Below, piece by piece: positions 48,595-57,079 of a stretch of DNA of 64,000 bases; within the stretch, counting starts at the first letter, position 1; every line of letters starts with the position of its first letter. The DNA comes from Minisyncoccota bacterium (lineage in GTDB: Bacteria; Patescibacteriota; Minisyncoccia; Phycocordibacterales; Phycocordibacteraceae): the NCBI GenBank assembly GCA_041660025.1, contig JBAZXD010000001.1, positions 305,851-369,850 of the forward strand. The letters are read 5' to 3'. The notes beneath the pieces were generated by a model. It searched no databases. It was not told where the DNA came from and saw only the letters and a list, made by a program, of their open reading frames with translations. A program made the position numbers and the translations under genes.

Positions 48595-49618
48595 CGACAA
48601 AAAAATCTGAAAACGGTTCGGGATCTTCGGTCACGATGCCCGCACCGCGCACGACCGCCGTGAGCGGGTCGGGCGTGACCCGCACCGGCACGCCGAGCAT
48701 CTTCGCCAATATCTGCGGCAGACCGCGGAGAAGGGCTCCGCCGCCGAAGACCGTCACGCCGTGCTGGAGCACGTCCGAGAGGAGCTCGGGCGGCGTGTTC
48801 TCGATAACCTCCTTCATCGTTTCCATCAGGGCGTCGAGCGACGGTGCGATCGCCTCGCGCACGTGCGCGTCGGTCAGCGTTATTTCGCGCGGCAGACCGG
48901 TCGCGAAATCGCGCCCGCGCACGCTCCGCGAGAGCGTCTCAGCGAGCGGCATAACCGCACCGATGGCTATCTTCACATCCTCGGCGGTGCGTTCGCCGAT
49001 GCCGAGCTTGAATTCGCTCCGCACGAATTCGATGATGTTGTCGTTGAAACGATCCCCCGCAACGTGCGAACTCTTCGCCGAGACGACGCCTCGCAGAGAA
49101 ATGACGGCGATGTCGGTCGTACCGCCGCCGATATCGAGCACCATCGTGCCGACCGCTTCATGGACCGGCAGTTTCGCGCCGATGGCGCCGGCGACCGGCT
49201 CTTCGAGGATGATCGCCTCGCGCGCGCCCGCATTCTTCGCCGCGTCCCGGACCGCGCGGCTCTGCACGTTGGTTACGCCGGTGGGCACGCCGATCACGAC
49301 GCGCGGACCGAAGAGCCGTACCCGGCCGTTCTGTGCCTTGTTGATGAGGTAGGTAAGCAGTTCCTCGGTCACCTCGAAGTCGGAGATGACGCCGTGGGAA
49401 AGCGGGCGCACGACGCGGATGTGCGCAGGTGTCTTGCCGAGCATCATCTTCGCTTCCCTCCCGACGGCGACGACCTGGTGCGTCTTGTCGTTGACCGCCA
49501 CCACCGACGGCTCGTTGATGACCACGCCCTTCCCGCGCACGTACACGAGCGTGTTCGCGGTCCCAAGGTCGATCGCGATGTCGCTACTGAAGAGGGCGTT
49601 CTTTGAGAATTTCGGCAT
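48566..49618 (-). CDS. mreB: Rod shape-determining protein MreB (copy in mreBCD operon)
   Basis: IDLGTANT, RPLSHGVI, DIGGGTTD, GGGALL. Confidence 0.95.
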   Translation of the reverse strand: MPKFSKNALFSSDIAIDLGTANTLVYVRGKGVVINEPSVVAVNDKTHQVVAVGREAKMMLGKTPAHIRVVRPLSHGVISDFEVTEELLTYLINKAQNGRVRLFGPRVVIGVPTGVTNVQSRAVRDAAKNAGAREAIILEEPVAGAIGAKLPVHEAVGTMVLDIGGGTTDIAVISLRGVVSAKSSHVAGDRFNDNIIEFVRSEFKLGIGERTAEDVKIAIGAVMPLAETLSRSVRGRDFATGLPREITLTDAHVREAIAPSLDALMETMKEVIENTPPELLSDVLQHGVTVFGGGALLRGLPQILAKMLGVPVRVTPDPLTAVVRGAGIVTEDPEPFSDFFVDEEDILSEA

Positions 49619-49622
49619 ACCC

Positions 49623-50864
49623 TTAGGCGAAGAGTTCTGCGCGCGCCTTCTTCTCGACCGCGCCGGTCGCGCGGTTAACCACTTCGAATGTTCCCGTGGC
49701 GACCGCGTCCTTACCGACCACGATGCGCGTCGGGATGCCGAGCAGGTCGCTATCCGCGAACTTCTCGCCGGCGCGTACATCGCGGTCGTCGTAGAGCACT
49801 TCCACCCCTGCTTCGACAAGCTCAGTATAAAGGCCTTCTGCACACTTTGTTATTTCATTACCCTCTTTTCCGAGCGATACCAGGTGCACGGCAAACGGCG
49901 CGACGGCCTCGGGCCAGACGAGCCCCTTCTCATCAGCGAGCGTCTCGACGATGATGCCCATAAGGCGCGTCGGGCCGATACCGTAGCTCCCCATAACGAC
50001 CGGCACCGACTTCCCCTCCGCATCCTTATACGAGAGGCCGAGCGATTCGGAAAAACGCGTGCCGAGGTTGAAGATATTGCCCGCCTCGATGGCGCGCTTC
50101 TCGACCAACGTATCGCGTTTGAGCTCGAGTGTAGCGAGGGTCTTGTCGGTACAGACCTCCTTGTTGACCGCAATGCGCTTCTCTTCGTCTATATAAATAG
50201 TATCCTCGCCGGCCTCCGATACGGTCTGGAACTCCTCGGAGAATTCGCTGAATATCCCGCCGGAGGCGAAGGTAACGTAGGTCCGTTCACCGATACCCAT
50301 GCGCTCGAACACTTTGATATATGCCGCGCGAGCTTTGTCATAAAATACTTTGTGCTCCGCCTCGTCTTTTGAGAACGAGTACAGGTCTTTCATCAGGAAC
50401 TCCTTGCCGCGCATAATGCCCGACTTCGCGCGAAGCTCATTGCGGAACTTGTTCTGGAATTGATATGCGTAGACCGGCAGGTCGCGGTACGAGGAGATAT
50501 GCTCCGTCATAATGCGCGTGAGCGGCTCCTCATGCGTTATCGCGAGCCCGGTCTCGCCGCCGCTCTTAAAGGAGGTCTTGAACCAGTTGTCGACCTTATC
50601 GTCGTCCCATCTATCGGTGCGGCTCCAGAGCTCCTTATCTTGAAGCGCGGTCATCACGAGCTCCTGCCCGCCGATAGCGTTCATCTCTTCGCGGATGATC
50701 TGGACGATTCTGTTGAGCGTACGCAGACCGAGCGGGAGATACGAATACACGCCCGCCATCTCCTTGTGGATGTAGCCCGCGCGCACCAAGAGTTGTGCGT
50801 TCTTCGCGACCTCATCGCTCGGCGCGAACTTCCGCGTTTTGGTAAAAAGCTTCGACTGCCTCAT
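49623..50864 (-). CDS. proS: Prolyl-tRNA synthetase (short form, no editing insertion)
   Basis: LLVRAGYI, THEE, KFRNELR, EFLMKDLYSF, MGSYGIG. Confidence 0.94.
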   Translation of the reverse strand: MRQSKLFTKTRKFAPSDEVAKNAQLLVRAGYIHKEMAGVYSYLPLGLRTLNRIVQIIREEMNAIGGQELVMTALQDKELWSRTDRWDDDKVDNWFKTSFKSGGETGLAITHEEPLTRIMTEHISSYRDLPVYAYQFQNKFRNELRAKSGIMRGKEFLMKDLYSFSKDEAEHKVFYDKARAAYIKVFERMGIGERTYVTFASGGIFSEFSEEFQTVSEAGEDTIYIDEEKRIAVNKEVCTDKTLATLELKRDTLVEKRAIEAGNIFNLGTRFSESLGLSYKDAEGKSVPVVMGSYGIGPTRLMGIIVETLADEKGLVWPEAVAPFAVHLVSLGKEGNEITKCAEGLYTELVEAGVEVLYDDRDVRAGEKFADSDLLGIPTRIVVGKDAVATGTFEVVNRATGAVEKKARAELFA

Positions 50865-50981
50865 GCGCCACAGTATACCCCCAAGCGAAGCGAAGCTCTA
50901 GTATCGCTTTTGTGGGGATGGTTGCTAAAAACGAGGTTGTATTGTAGTTTTTGCTTGTCGCTCATTGTTAAGGAGGCACAC

Positions 50982-51164
50982 ATGATCTGCCGAGATTTCA
51001 TGGGGAAAGATCCGAATGTTCTCTACTGTTCCGAATGCCGGGACATAGGGAGAGAACATCGGATCGAGAACAGGCCGACAGGCTCTATGGAAGGATATTG
51101 TACCGGCTGCAAAAAGGTACAACCCTTCATCTGCGCCAAGCTCGCCGAGAGCGTCAGTGCCTAA
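50982..51164 (+). CDS. 60-aa zinc-ribbon-like protein
   Basis: CSEC..CTGC; AAGGAGG SD; TTGCTA-17-TAGTTT promoter; hairpin plus T-tract downstream. Confidence 0.65.
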   Translation: MICRDFMGKDPNVLYCSECRDIGREHRIENRPTGSMEGYCTGCKKVQPFICAKLAESVSA

Positions 51165-51221
51165 CACATTATTGTCCGCGGAGAGCGCTCGTCTGCTCCC
51201 GCGGACTTTTGTTTTATATAC

Positions 51222-52328
51222 TTACCCGACGATCTTGAAGATGTCGTGCGCGGTGACGACGAGCATCAGGAGGATGAGGAAGAGGAAGCCGATGCCATTC
51301 AGGGCTTGCGCGACACTCGCCTTGATAGGCCGACGGATGATGCTCTCGATGATGACGAAGAGGAGGCGGCCGCCGTCGAGCGCGGGGATGGGGATGAGAT
51401 TGATAAGCGCGAGGTTGATGGAAATGATGGCCATAATGGAGAAGAGATAGCCGAACCCCTGCATCGAGGCGGTGCCGACGACGCCCGCGATGCCGACAGG
51501 TCCCGCGACCTGCGAGAGGTCGGCGGAGAGGGTGAATATGCCGTAAAAGAAATGCCAGAGCCCGACGGCGGTCAGCTGTATCGCGCCCCAGGTGAGCGTC
51601 GCGCCCTCAATGATCGCCGCGCCGAGCGAGAGCGGCACGACGCCAACGGCGGCGACCTCGACCCCGAGCGCGGCGCGCGAGGGATCAGTGGAGATGATGC
51701 CGGCTTCAGGCCGCGCGAATATCGTCTCCTCTTCCCCGCTTGCGTGCCGGACGGAAAGTGCGATGGTCGTGTTCCCTCCCCCGTCCGAAACGAACTTCGT
51801 GAACGCGGCCGGATCCGCCCCCGAGAAAGCGTAATGCCCGTCTTCAGCGGAGAGGATGGTGTCGCCCGGAAGGAGTCCCGCGCGCGCGGCAGGCGAGGCG
51901 GGGAGCACCTGGGCTACCGCGAGCTCCACGTTTTGAGCTATTGCAATCTCCTCATCCCCGAGCGCGCGCGGTGTGCCGGTGATAAGCGCGCCGGTAATGA
52001 GCACGTAGGCGAAGAGGAGGTTCATCGCGATACCAGCGACGAGCACGAGCGCCTGTGCGAGACGCGGTTTCGAAGAGAATGCGCGAGCATCCCGGGCTTG
52101 TTCGGGAGACAAGCCATCCTCGCCATAAATCTTCACGAAGCCGCCGAAGGGCAGCCAATTGAGCGTGTAGGAGGTCTCGTTTATCTTCCCGATAACGAGG
52201 GCGCGCGGCGGATATCCGAGCCCGAATTCGTCCACGCGCATCCCCGAAAGTTTTGCCGCGATGAAATGCCCGAATTCGTGCACCACGATGAGCGCGACGA
52301 TGACGACGATGAATATCAGGATGCTCAT
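51222..52328 (-). CDS. rseP: RIP metalloprotease RseP (M50, PDZ)
   Basis: HEFGH, LPFGGFV, PDZ, NLIPIPALDGG. Confidence 0.95.
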   Translation of the reverse strand: MSILIFIVVIVALIVVHEFGHFIAAKLSGMRVDEFGLGYPPRALVIGKINETSYTLNWLPFGGFVKIYGEDGLSPEQARDARAFSSKPRLAQALVLVAGIAMNLLFAYVLITGALITGTPRALGDEEIAIAQNVELAVAQVLPASPAARAGLLPGDTILSAEDGHYAFSGADPAAFTKFVSDGGGNTTIALSVRHASGEEETIFARPEAGIISTDPSRAALGVEVAAVGVVPLSLGAAIIEGATLTWGAIQLTAVGLWHFFYGIFTLSADLSQVAGPVGIAGVVGTASMQGFGYLFSIMAIISINLALINLIPIPALDGGRLLFVIIESIIRRPIKASVAQALNGIGFLFLILLMLVVTAHDIFKIVG

Positions 52329-52457
52329 GATTGCTTGAGTGTACTACATTTCCCGCTCTCTATTGTGCTCCGACAAAATGATTTGACATTCTTCTGAAAA
52401 ACATATAGAGTGCACTTAGGAGCAGTCCCCCCCCTGTAACCAACCAAGGAGCGGTCC

Positions 52458-52736
52458 ATGAAAGGAAAACAGATTGGGGACACGTATGTCCTCATGGCAA
52501 AAGCAGAACAAGAAACGGGATATGAACACCCGAGTGGGAAAAGGGATATTTCGGAAACGAAAACGTATGACATATTCAGGCGCTTCAAGGCCGCGACGTT
52601 GCCGGAAGCTCAACGGAAAGCCAAGGCGATACTCGTAAAGTTCAAAAAGGACCGTCCTAAGCGCCTCGGAGGTATCAGTTGGGAATATCAAGCGCACATC
52701 GTTTCAAAATCACTCATGAAAGTAGTGCCGCTTTAG
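52458..52736 (+). CDS. Hypothetical basic protein
   Basis: TTGACA-17-TAGAGT promoter, AAGGAG SD, terminator near 52753-52779. Confidence 0.62.
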   Translation: MKGKQIGDTYVLMAKAEQETGYEHPSGKRDISETKTYDIFRRFKAATLPEAQRKAKAILVKFKKDRPKRLGGISWEYQAHIVSKSLMKVVPL

Positions 52737-52780
52737 TCCTCAACGGATATGGAAAGCCCCGCTTGCACGGGGCTTTTTTA

Positions 52781-53332
52781 TCACTGTGCTATCTCGGTTT
52801 CTTTGCGTTCCAGAATTTTCGCAAGGGCGTCGTTGCCGGCGTCGATGAGTTTTTGTATCTCTCCTTTGAGGCGCTTCACCTCATCTTCTCCCATACCGCC
52901 CGCCGCCTCCGCCGCTTCGAGCGCCTTCAAGGCGTCGGTGCGGTGCGAGCGGAGGGTCACCTTCGCTTGTTCGGTCTTGTCTCCCGCGATCTTCGAGAGC
53001 TGTGCGCGCCGCTCGCTCGTGAGCTCGGGAAATGACACCCGCAACCCTTGATCGTCGGTCGCGACGCCGACGCCGAGATCGGCGTCGACAATCCCCTTCT
53101 CTACCGCTTTCAGAATGCTCATATCCCAGGGGATGACGCGGAGCGTGCGCGCGTCCTCGACCGAGACACTCGCGAGTTCTCGAAGCGCAGTGCGCGTGCC
53201 ATAGGCCTCGGGCTTCACCGCGTCGAGAAGGCTCGGCGTTGCGCGGCCAGTGCGTACACCGGAGAGTTCGCGCGCGAGCCACTCCTCGGTCTCCTTGATG
53301 TTCACCTTCAGTTTTGAAAAGTCGTATGCCAT
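52781..53332 (-). CDS. frr: Ribosome recycling factor
   Basis: RTGRATPSLLD, PELTSERR. Confidence 0.96.
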   Translation of the reverse strand: MAYDFSKLKVNIKETEEWLARELSGVRTGRATPSLLDAVKPEAYGTRTALRELASVSVEDARTLRVIPWDMSILKAVEKGIVDADLGVGVATDDQGLRVSFPELTSERRAQLSKIAGDKTEQAKVTLRSHRTDALKALEAAEAAGGMGEDEVKRLKGEIQKLIDAGNDALAKILERKETEIAQ

Positions 53333-53341
53333 ATAGTTACA

Positions 53342-54019
53342 TCATACCAAACCTTTCGGGATGACGAGCGAGAGATGTTCGAGAATCATACGCACCGGAG
53401 CGCTCCGGTCGTAGAGATGTCCGCGCAGGGTCGCGATATCGGATAAGAGCGCAGCGACTCCGTCGCCGCGCTTGAGCTTTTCATACGCCACCGCTTCCAC
53501 TCCATTCAGTATCGCAATCGCCTCTTCGCGATTCTCGCGCCGCTCCTCCTCATCCTTCCCGCTCGTAAGATTCTTGATAAGCGCACTGCGCTTCTCCTTG
53601 CTCGCCTTCATAAACTCCGCCGCCGCCGCCGGAATAAAGGACTTACGAAGTCCTTTATGAGTGTCGAGTACTTGGACGCGGGAACGGAGGGTTGGAAGGA
53701 GACCACCAAGGGACGGCAGTATGAAAAAAAGATATGTTCCAGAAGGCGGCTCTTCGAAGAGCTTCAGGAGCGCGTTCTGGGCTTCGTGGTAGGCGCGGTT
53801 CGCGGCGATGATGACGACCTTTGTGTCGCCCGCAAACGGCGCCCCCGCGGCGAGTTCAGACACTCGCCGCGCATCCTCGACCGAGAGCAGTCCGTACTTC
53901 AAAACGATGATGTCAGGATTCCCCTGCACCTTCATCCCGAGCTCCCGCTCCGCCCACGCCTGCGCCGCTTCAATCCCCTCCTCCGCTCCCGCCTCGATAA
54001 CAAACGCATGGTGCCGCAT
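53342..54019 (-). CDS. holB: DNA polymerase III delta-prime-like subunit (short)
   Basis: EAQNALLKLFEEP, LLPTLRSR; Walker A and zinc module degenerate. Confidence 0.75.
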   Translation of the reverse strand: MRHHAFVIEAGAEEGIEAAQAWAERELGMKVQGNPDIIVLKYGLLSVEDARRVSELAAGAPFAGDTKVVIIAANRAYHEAQNALLKLFEEPPSGTYLFFILPSLGGLLPTLRSRVQVLDTHKGLRKSFIPAAAAEFMKASKEKRSALIKNLTSGKDEEERRENREEAIAILNGVEAVAYEKLKRGDGVAALLSDIATLRGHLYDRSAPVRMILEHLSLVIPKGLV

Positions 54020-54149
54020 GAGGTGATTATACTCGATATGATTGTTCTTCTTGAATCATTTGACAATATATGAGATATATGCAAAAATATTCTTGGTTTT
54101 TGATTGGCACGCTGTATAGGTGTCTTGTACAAACCGTGGAGAAACGATT

Positions 54150-54290
54150 GTGAAAAAATCCCTGTTCTTCCTGGGCCTTGCGGCCTTTGGTAGTTATCCT
54201 TTCCTCGGATTGGTTGTGCCTGCGACCCTCGGTTTTTTCTTGATGATCGGGGCAATCCTCCCTGAGAAGGCCTCTCACTACCACTGGTAG
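54150..54290 (+). CDS. 46-aa hydrophobic microprotein
   Basis: GTG start after GGAGA; MKKSLFFLGLAAFGSYPFLGLVVPATLGFFLMIGAILPEKASHYHW; TTGACA upstream, hairpin plus T-tract downstream. Confidence 0.55.
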   Translation: MKKSLFFLGLAAFGSYPFLGLVVPATLGFFLMIGAILPEKASHYHW

Positions 54291-54391
54291 TGGACCTCGC
54301 TCATCGCCCGCAGAAGCTGTCGCTTCTCGGGCGGTTTCTGTTTTTATATCAAGAATTTAATATTCCAACATTCTTGAGAATGTGAGAATGT

Positions 54392-55417
54392 TCATTGCTT
54401 CGCGAGGATGCTTTTTTGGTACGTATCGAGATGCTTCAGCGCGATGCCGGTGCCGCGCGCGACGCAGTAGTAGGGGTCGTTGGCGAGCTTCGCGACCACG
54501 CCCGTGCGGCGGAAGACGAGCTCCGGCATCTGGCGAAGTTGAGAGGAGCCGCCGGTGAGGATGATGCCGTTGTCGATGATGTCGGCGGCGAGCTCGGGCG
54601 GCGTGTCCTGGAGCACCTTGCGTATCGCCTGCGTCATCTCGCGCAGTTCCCGCGACATCGCCTGCACGATATCGTTCGTCGAGATGTCGACCGTGCGCGG
54701 GAGCCCGCTCATCAGGTCGCGCCCCTTGACCGGCAGAGAGAGCTCTTCGTTCATCGGTACGGCCGCGCCGATCTTTATCTTAATTTCTTCCGCAGTCTTA
54801 TCGCCGATGGCGAGGTTGTGTTGCTTCTTCACGTGGTCAATGACCGCGCGGTCGAGCCGGTCGCCCGCGCACTTCACGCTCGTCGAGGCGACGATGCCGC
54901 CGAGAGAGATCACCGCGACGTCGATGGTGCCGCCGCCGATGTCCGCGACCATCCGCCCCATCGGCTCGTGGATAGGGATGCCCGCGCCGATAGCCGCGAG
55001 GATGGGCTCCTTCACCACGTATGCGTTCTTGGCCCCGGCCTTGAGCGCGGCCTCGATGACCGCGCGCTTCTCGGTCGAGGTGACCCCCGCGGGGACCGAG
55101 ACGAGCACCGTCGGCCTGAACGGATTGTGTCCGAGCGCCTTTTTCATAAAATATCTGAGCATCGCTTCGGTCACGCGGTAATCCGCGATAACCCCGTCCT
55201 TCATCGGGCGGTACGCGATAATGTCGCCCGGCGTGCGGCCAATCATCTTCTTCGCCTCCGCGCCGATGGCGAGTATCTTGTTACCGCCCTGCTTGCCGTG
55301 CGCCTTGCCCACCGCGACGACCGAGGGTTCGTTGATGATGACGCCCTTGCCGGGCACGAAGACGAGCACGTTGGTCGTCCCGAGGTCGATACCGAGCTTT
55401 GGAGAGAAGAAAGACAT
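54392..55417 (-). CDS. mreB: MreB/Mbl paralogue (stand-alone)
   Basis: IDLGTTN, RPMKDGVIAD, DIGGGT, LTGGSSQL. Confidence 0.93.
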   Translation of the reverse strand: MSFFSPKLGIDLGTTNVLVFVPGKGVIINEPSVVAVGKAHGKQGGNKILAIGAEAKKMIGRTPGDIIAYRPMKDGVIADYRVTEAMLRYFMKKALGHNPFRPTVLVSVPAGVTSTEKRAVIEAALKAGAKNAYVVKEPILAAIGAGIPIHEPMGRMVADIGGGTIDVAVISLGGIVASTSVKCAGDRLDRAVIDHVKKQHNLAIGDKTAEEIKIKIGAAVPMNEELSLPVKGRDLMSGLPRTVDISTNDIVQAMSRELREMTQAIRKVLQDTPPELAADIIDNGIILTGGSSQLRQMPELVFRRTGVVAKLANDPYYCVARGTGIALKHLDTYQKSILAKQ

Positions 55418-55451
55418 TGTTTACATACTACCAAATGGTAGGATAGTTCGC

Positions 55452-56762
55452 ATGCAAGGAGAAATGAATTTCGTCATCGAGGGCGGGAAATCGCTCTCGG
55501 GCTCGGTCGAGGTAAGTCGGTCTAAGAACGGCGCCGTCGCCCTCCTCGCCGCCTCCCTCCTCAACCGCGGCAGGACGACGCTTCACCAGATGCCGAAGAT
55601 CGAAGAGGTAAACCGGCTCATCGAAGTACTTAAATCGATCGGCGTCCAGGTTGAGTGGCGGGGCTCGAGTCTCGTGATATCGCCACCTGAGAAGATTGAT
55701 CTCGGGCTCATCGACACCGAAGCCGCGACCAAGACCCGCAGCATTCTCATGTTCATCGGTCCCCTGATCCACCTCTTCAACGATTTTGAATTACCGCAAT
55801 CGGGCGGCTGTACGCTCGGGCTCCGTTCTATCCGCCAACACTTATGGGTGCTCGAGAAATTCGGCGTCACGATCGAGACGCTCACCGACCGCTATCAGAT
55901 AACGCGGAGCGAACTGACTCCCGCGACCATCATTCTCTACGAGGCGAGCGATACCGCGACCATCAACGCCCTCTTGGCCGCCGCGCGACTCTCCGACACA
56001 TCGGTCATTAAATACGCATCCGCGAATTATCAGGTGCAGGAGGTGTGCGGATTCCTCCGGGCGCTCGGCGTCGCTATCGAAGGCGTCGGCACGAGCACGC
56101 TTACCGTCACCGGCATCGCGGAGATACGGCGCGATATCGAGTACACCGTGGCCGAGGACCCGACCGACGCGATGTTCTTCATCACCGCCGCCGTCGCAAC
56201 CAAGAGCGCGCTCACGATTCGAAAAGCGCCTATCGAATTCCTCGAGGTAGAGCTGTTCGTGCTGGAGAAAATGGGACTGCGGTTTACCGTCGCCCCTGCC
56301 AGCGTGTCGGAAAACGGCATCACCAAGCTTGCTAATATCTCCATCGAGCCGTCAGAGCTCGTTGCATTCCCAGAAAAAATTCATGCACGTCCCTACCCCG
56401 CCCTCAACATCGACAATTTGCCGTTCTTCGCCGTTATCGCGACGCAGGCGAGGGGTACGACCCTCATCCACGATTGGTCCTACGAGAAGCGCGCCATCTA
56501 CTACACCGAGCTCGACCGTCTTGGCGCGCGTACCAATCTCCACGACCCGCACCGCATCTCGATCGAGGGCCCGACCACGCTCAAGGCCGCAGAGGTTATC
56601 TGCCCACCCGCGCTCCGACCCGCGACCATCATCCTCGTCGCAATGCTCGGGGCGAAAGGCCATTCGACACTCCGCAATGTCTACAGCATCAATCGCGGCT
56701 ACGAGAATATCGTCCGCCGCCTCCAGGAGCTCGGCGCCTCTATCGAATCCCACACCGGATAG
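55452..56762 (+). CDS. murA: UDP-N-acetylglucosamine 1-carboxyvinyltransferase
   Basis: SKNGAV, SGGCTLGLR (active-site Cys), INRGYE. Confidence 0.93.
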   Translation: MQGEMNFVIEGGKSLSGSVEVSRSKNGAVALLAASLLNRGRTTLHQMPKIEEVNRLIEVLKSIGVQVEWRGSSLVISPPEKIDLGLIDTEAATKTRSILMFIGPLIHLFNDFELPQSGGCTLGLRSIRQHLWVLEKFGVTIETLTDRYQITRSELTPATIILYEASDTATINALLAAARLSDTSVIKYASANYQVQEVCGFLRALGVAIEGVGTSTLTVTGIAEIRRDIEYTVAEDPTDAMFFITAAVATKSALTIRKAPIEFLEVELFVLEKMGLRFTVAPASVSENGITKLANISIEPSELVAFPEKIHARPYPALNIDNLPFFAVIATQARGTTLIHDWSYEKRAIYYTELDRLGARTNLHDPHRISIEGPTTLKAAEVICPPALRPATIILVAMLGAKGHSTLRNVYSINRGYENIVRRLQELGASIESHTG

Positions 56763-56764
56763 GT

Positions 56765-57058
56765 ATGAAATCCATCGGCGAGATGCTCCCCGAGTTCGAG
56801 AAGAAAAGGGCGGAGGCGCCCAAAGGGAGAAAGCGCCAGACCGAGCGCGGCGAAATGATGCGCTTCTTCCTCCGTCATTTGAATTATTCCCGCAAGCAGG
56901 ACGGTCTCGCGCCGATGACGATGGCGCATCTCGGTACCGTCCTTGAGCAGATACCGACACAAGATTTGTATTATTTAAAAAGTGTCTGCAGTCAGGCCAA
57001 AAATTTCGGCAAGAAATTCTGGTGGGAACTCGACCCGACCAAGCACCCTCCCCGCTGA
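56765..57058 (+). CDS. Hypothetical protein
   Basis: Tightly packed between murA and def; plausible composition. Confidence 0.65.
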   Translation: MKSIGEMLPEFEKKRAEAPKGRKRQTERGEMMRFFLRHLNYSRKQDGLAPMTMAHLGTVLEQIPTQDLYYLKSVCSQAKNFGKKFWWELDPTKHPPR

Positions 57059-57079
57059 TTTTTTGATATAGTTCGCCCT

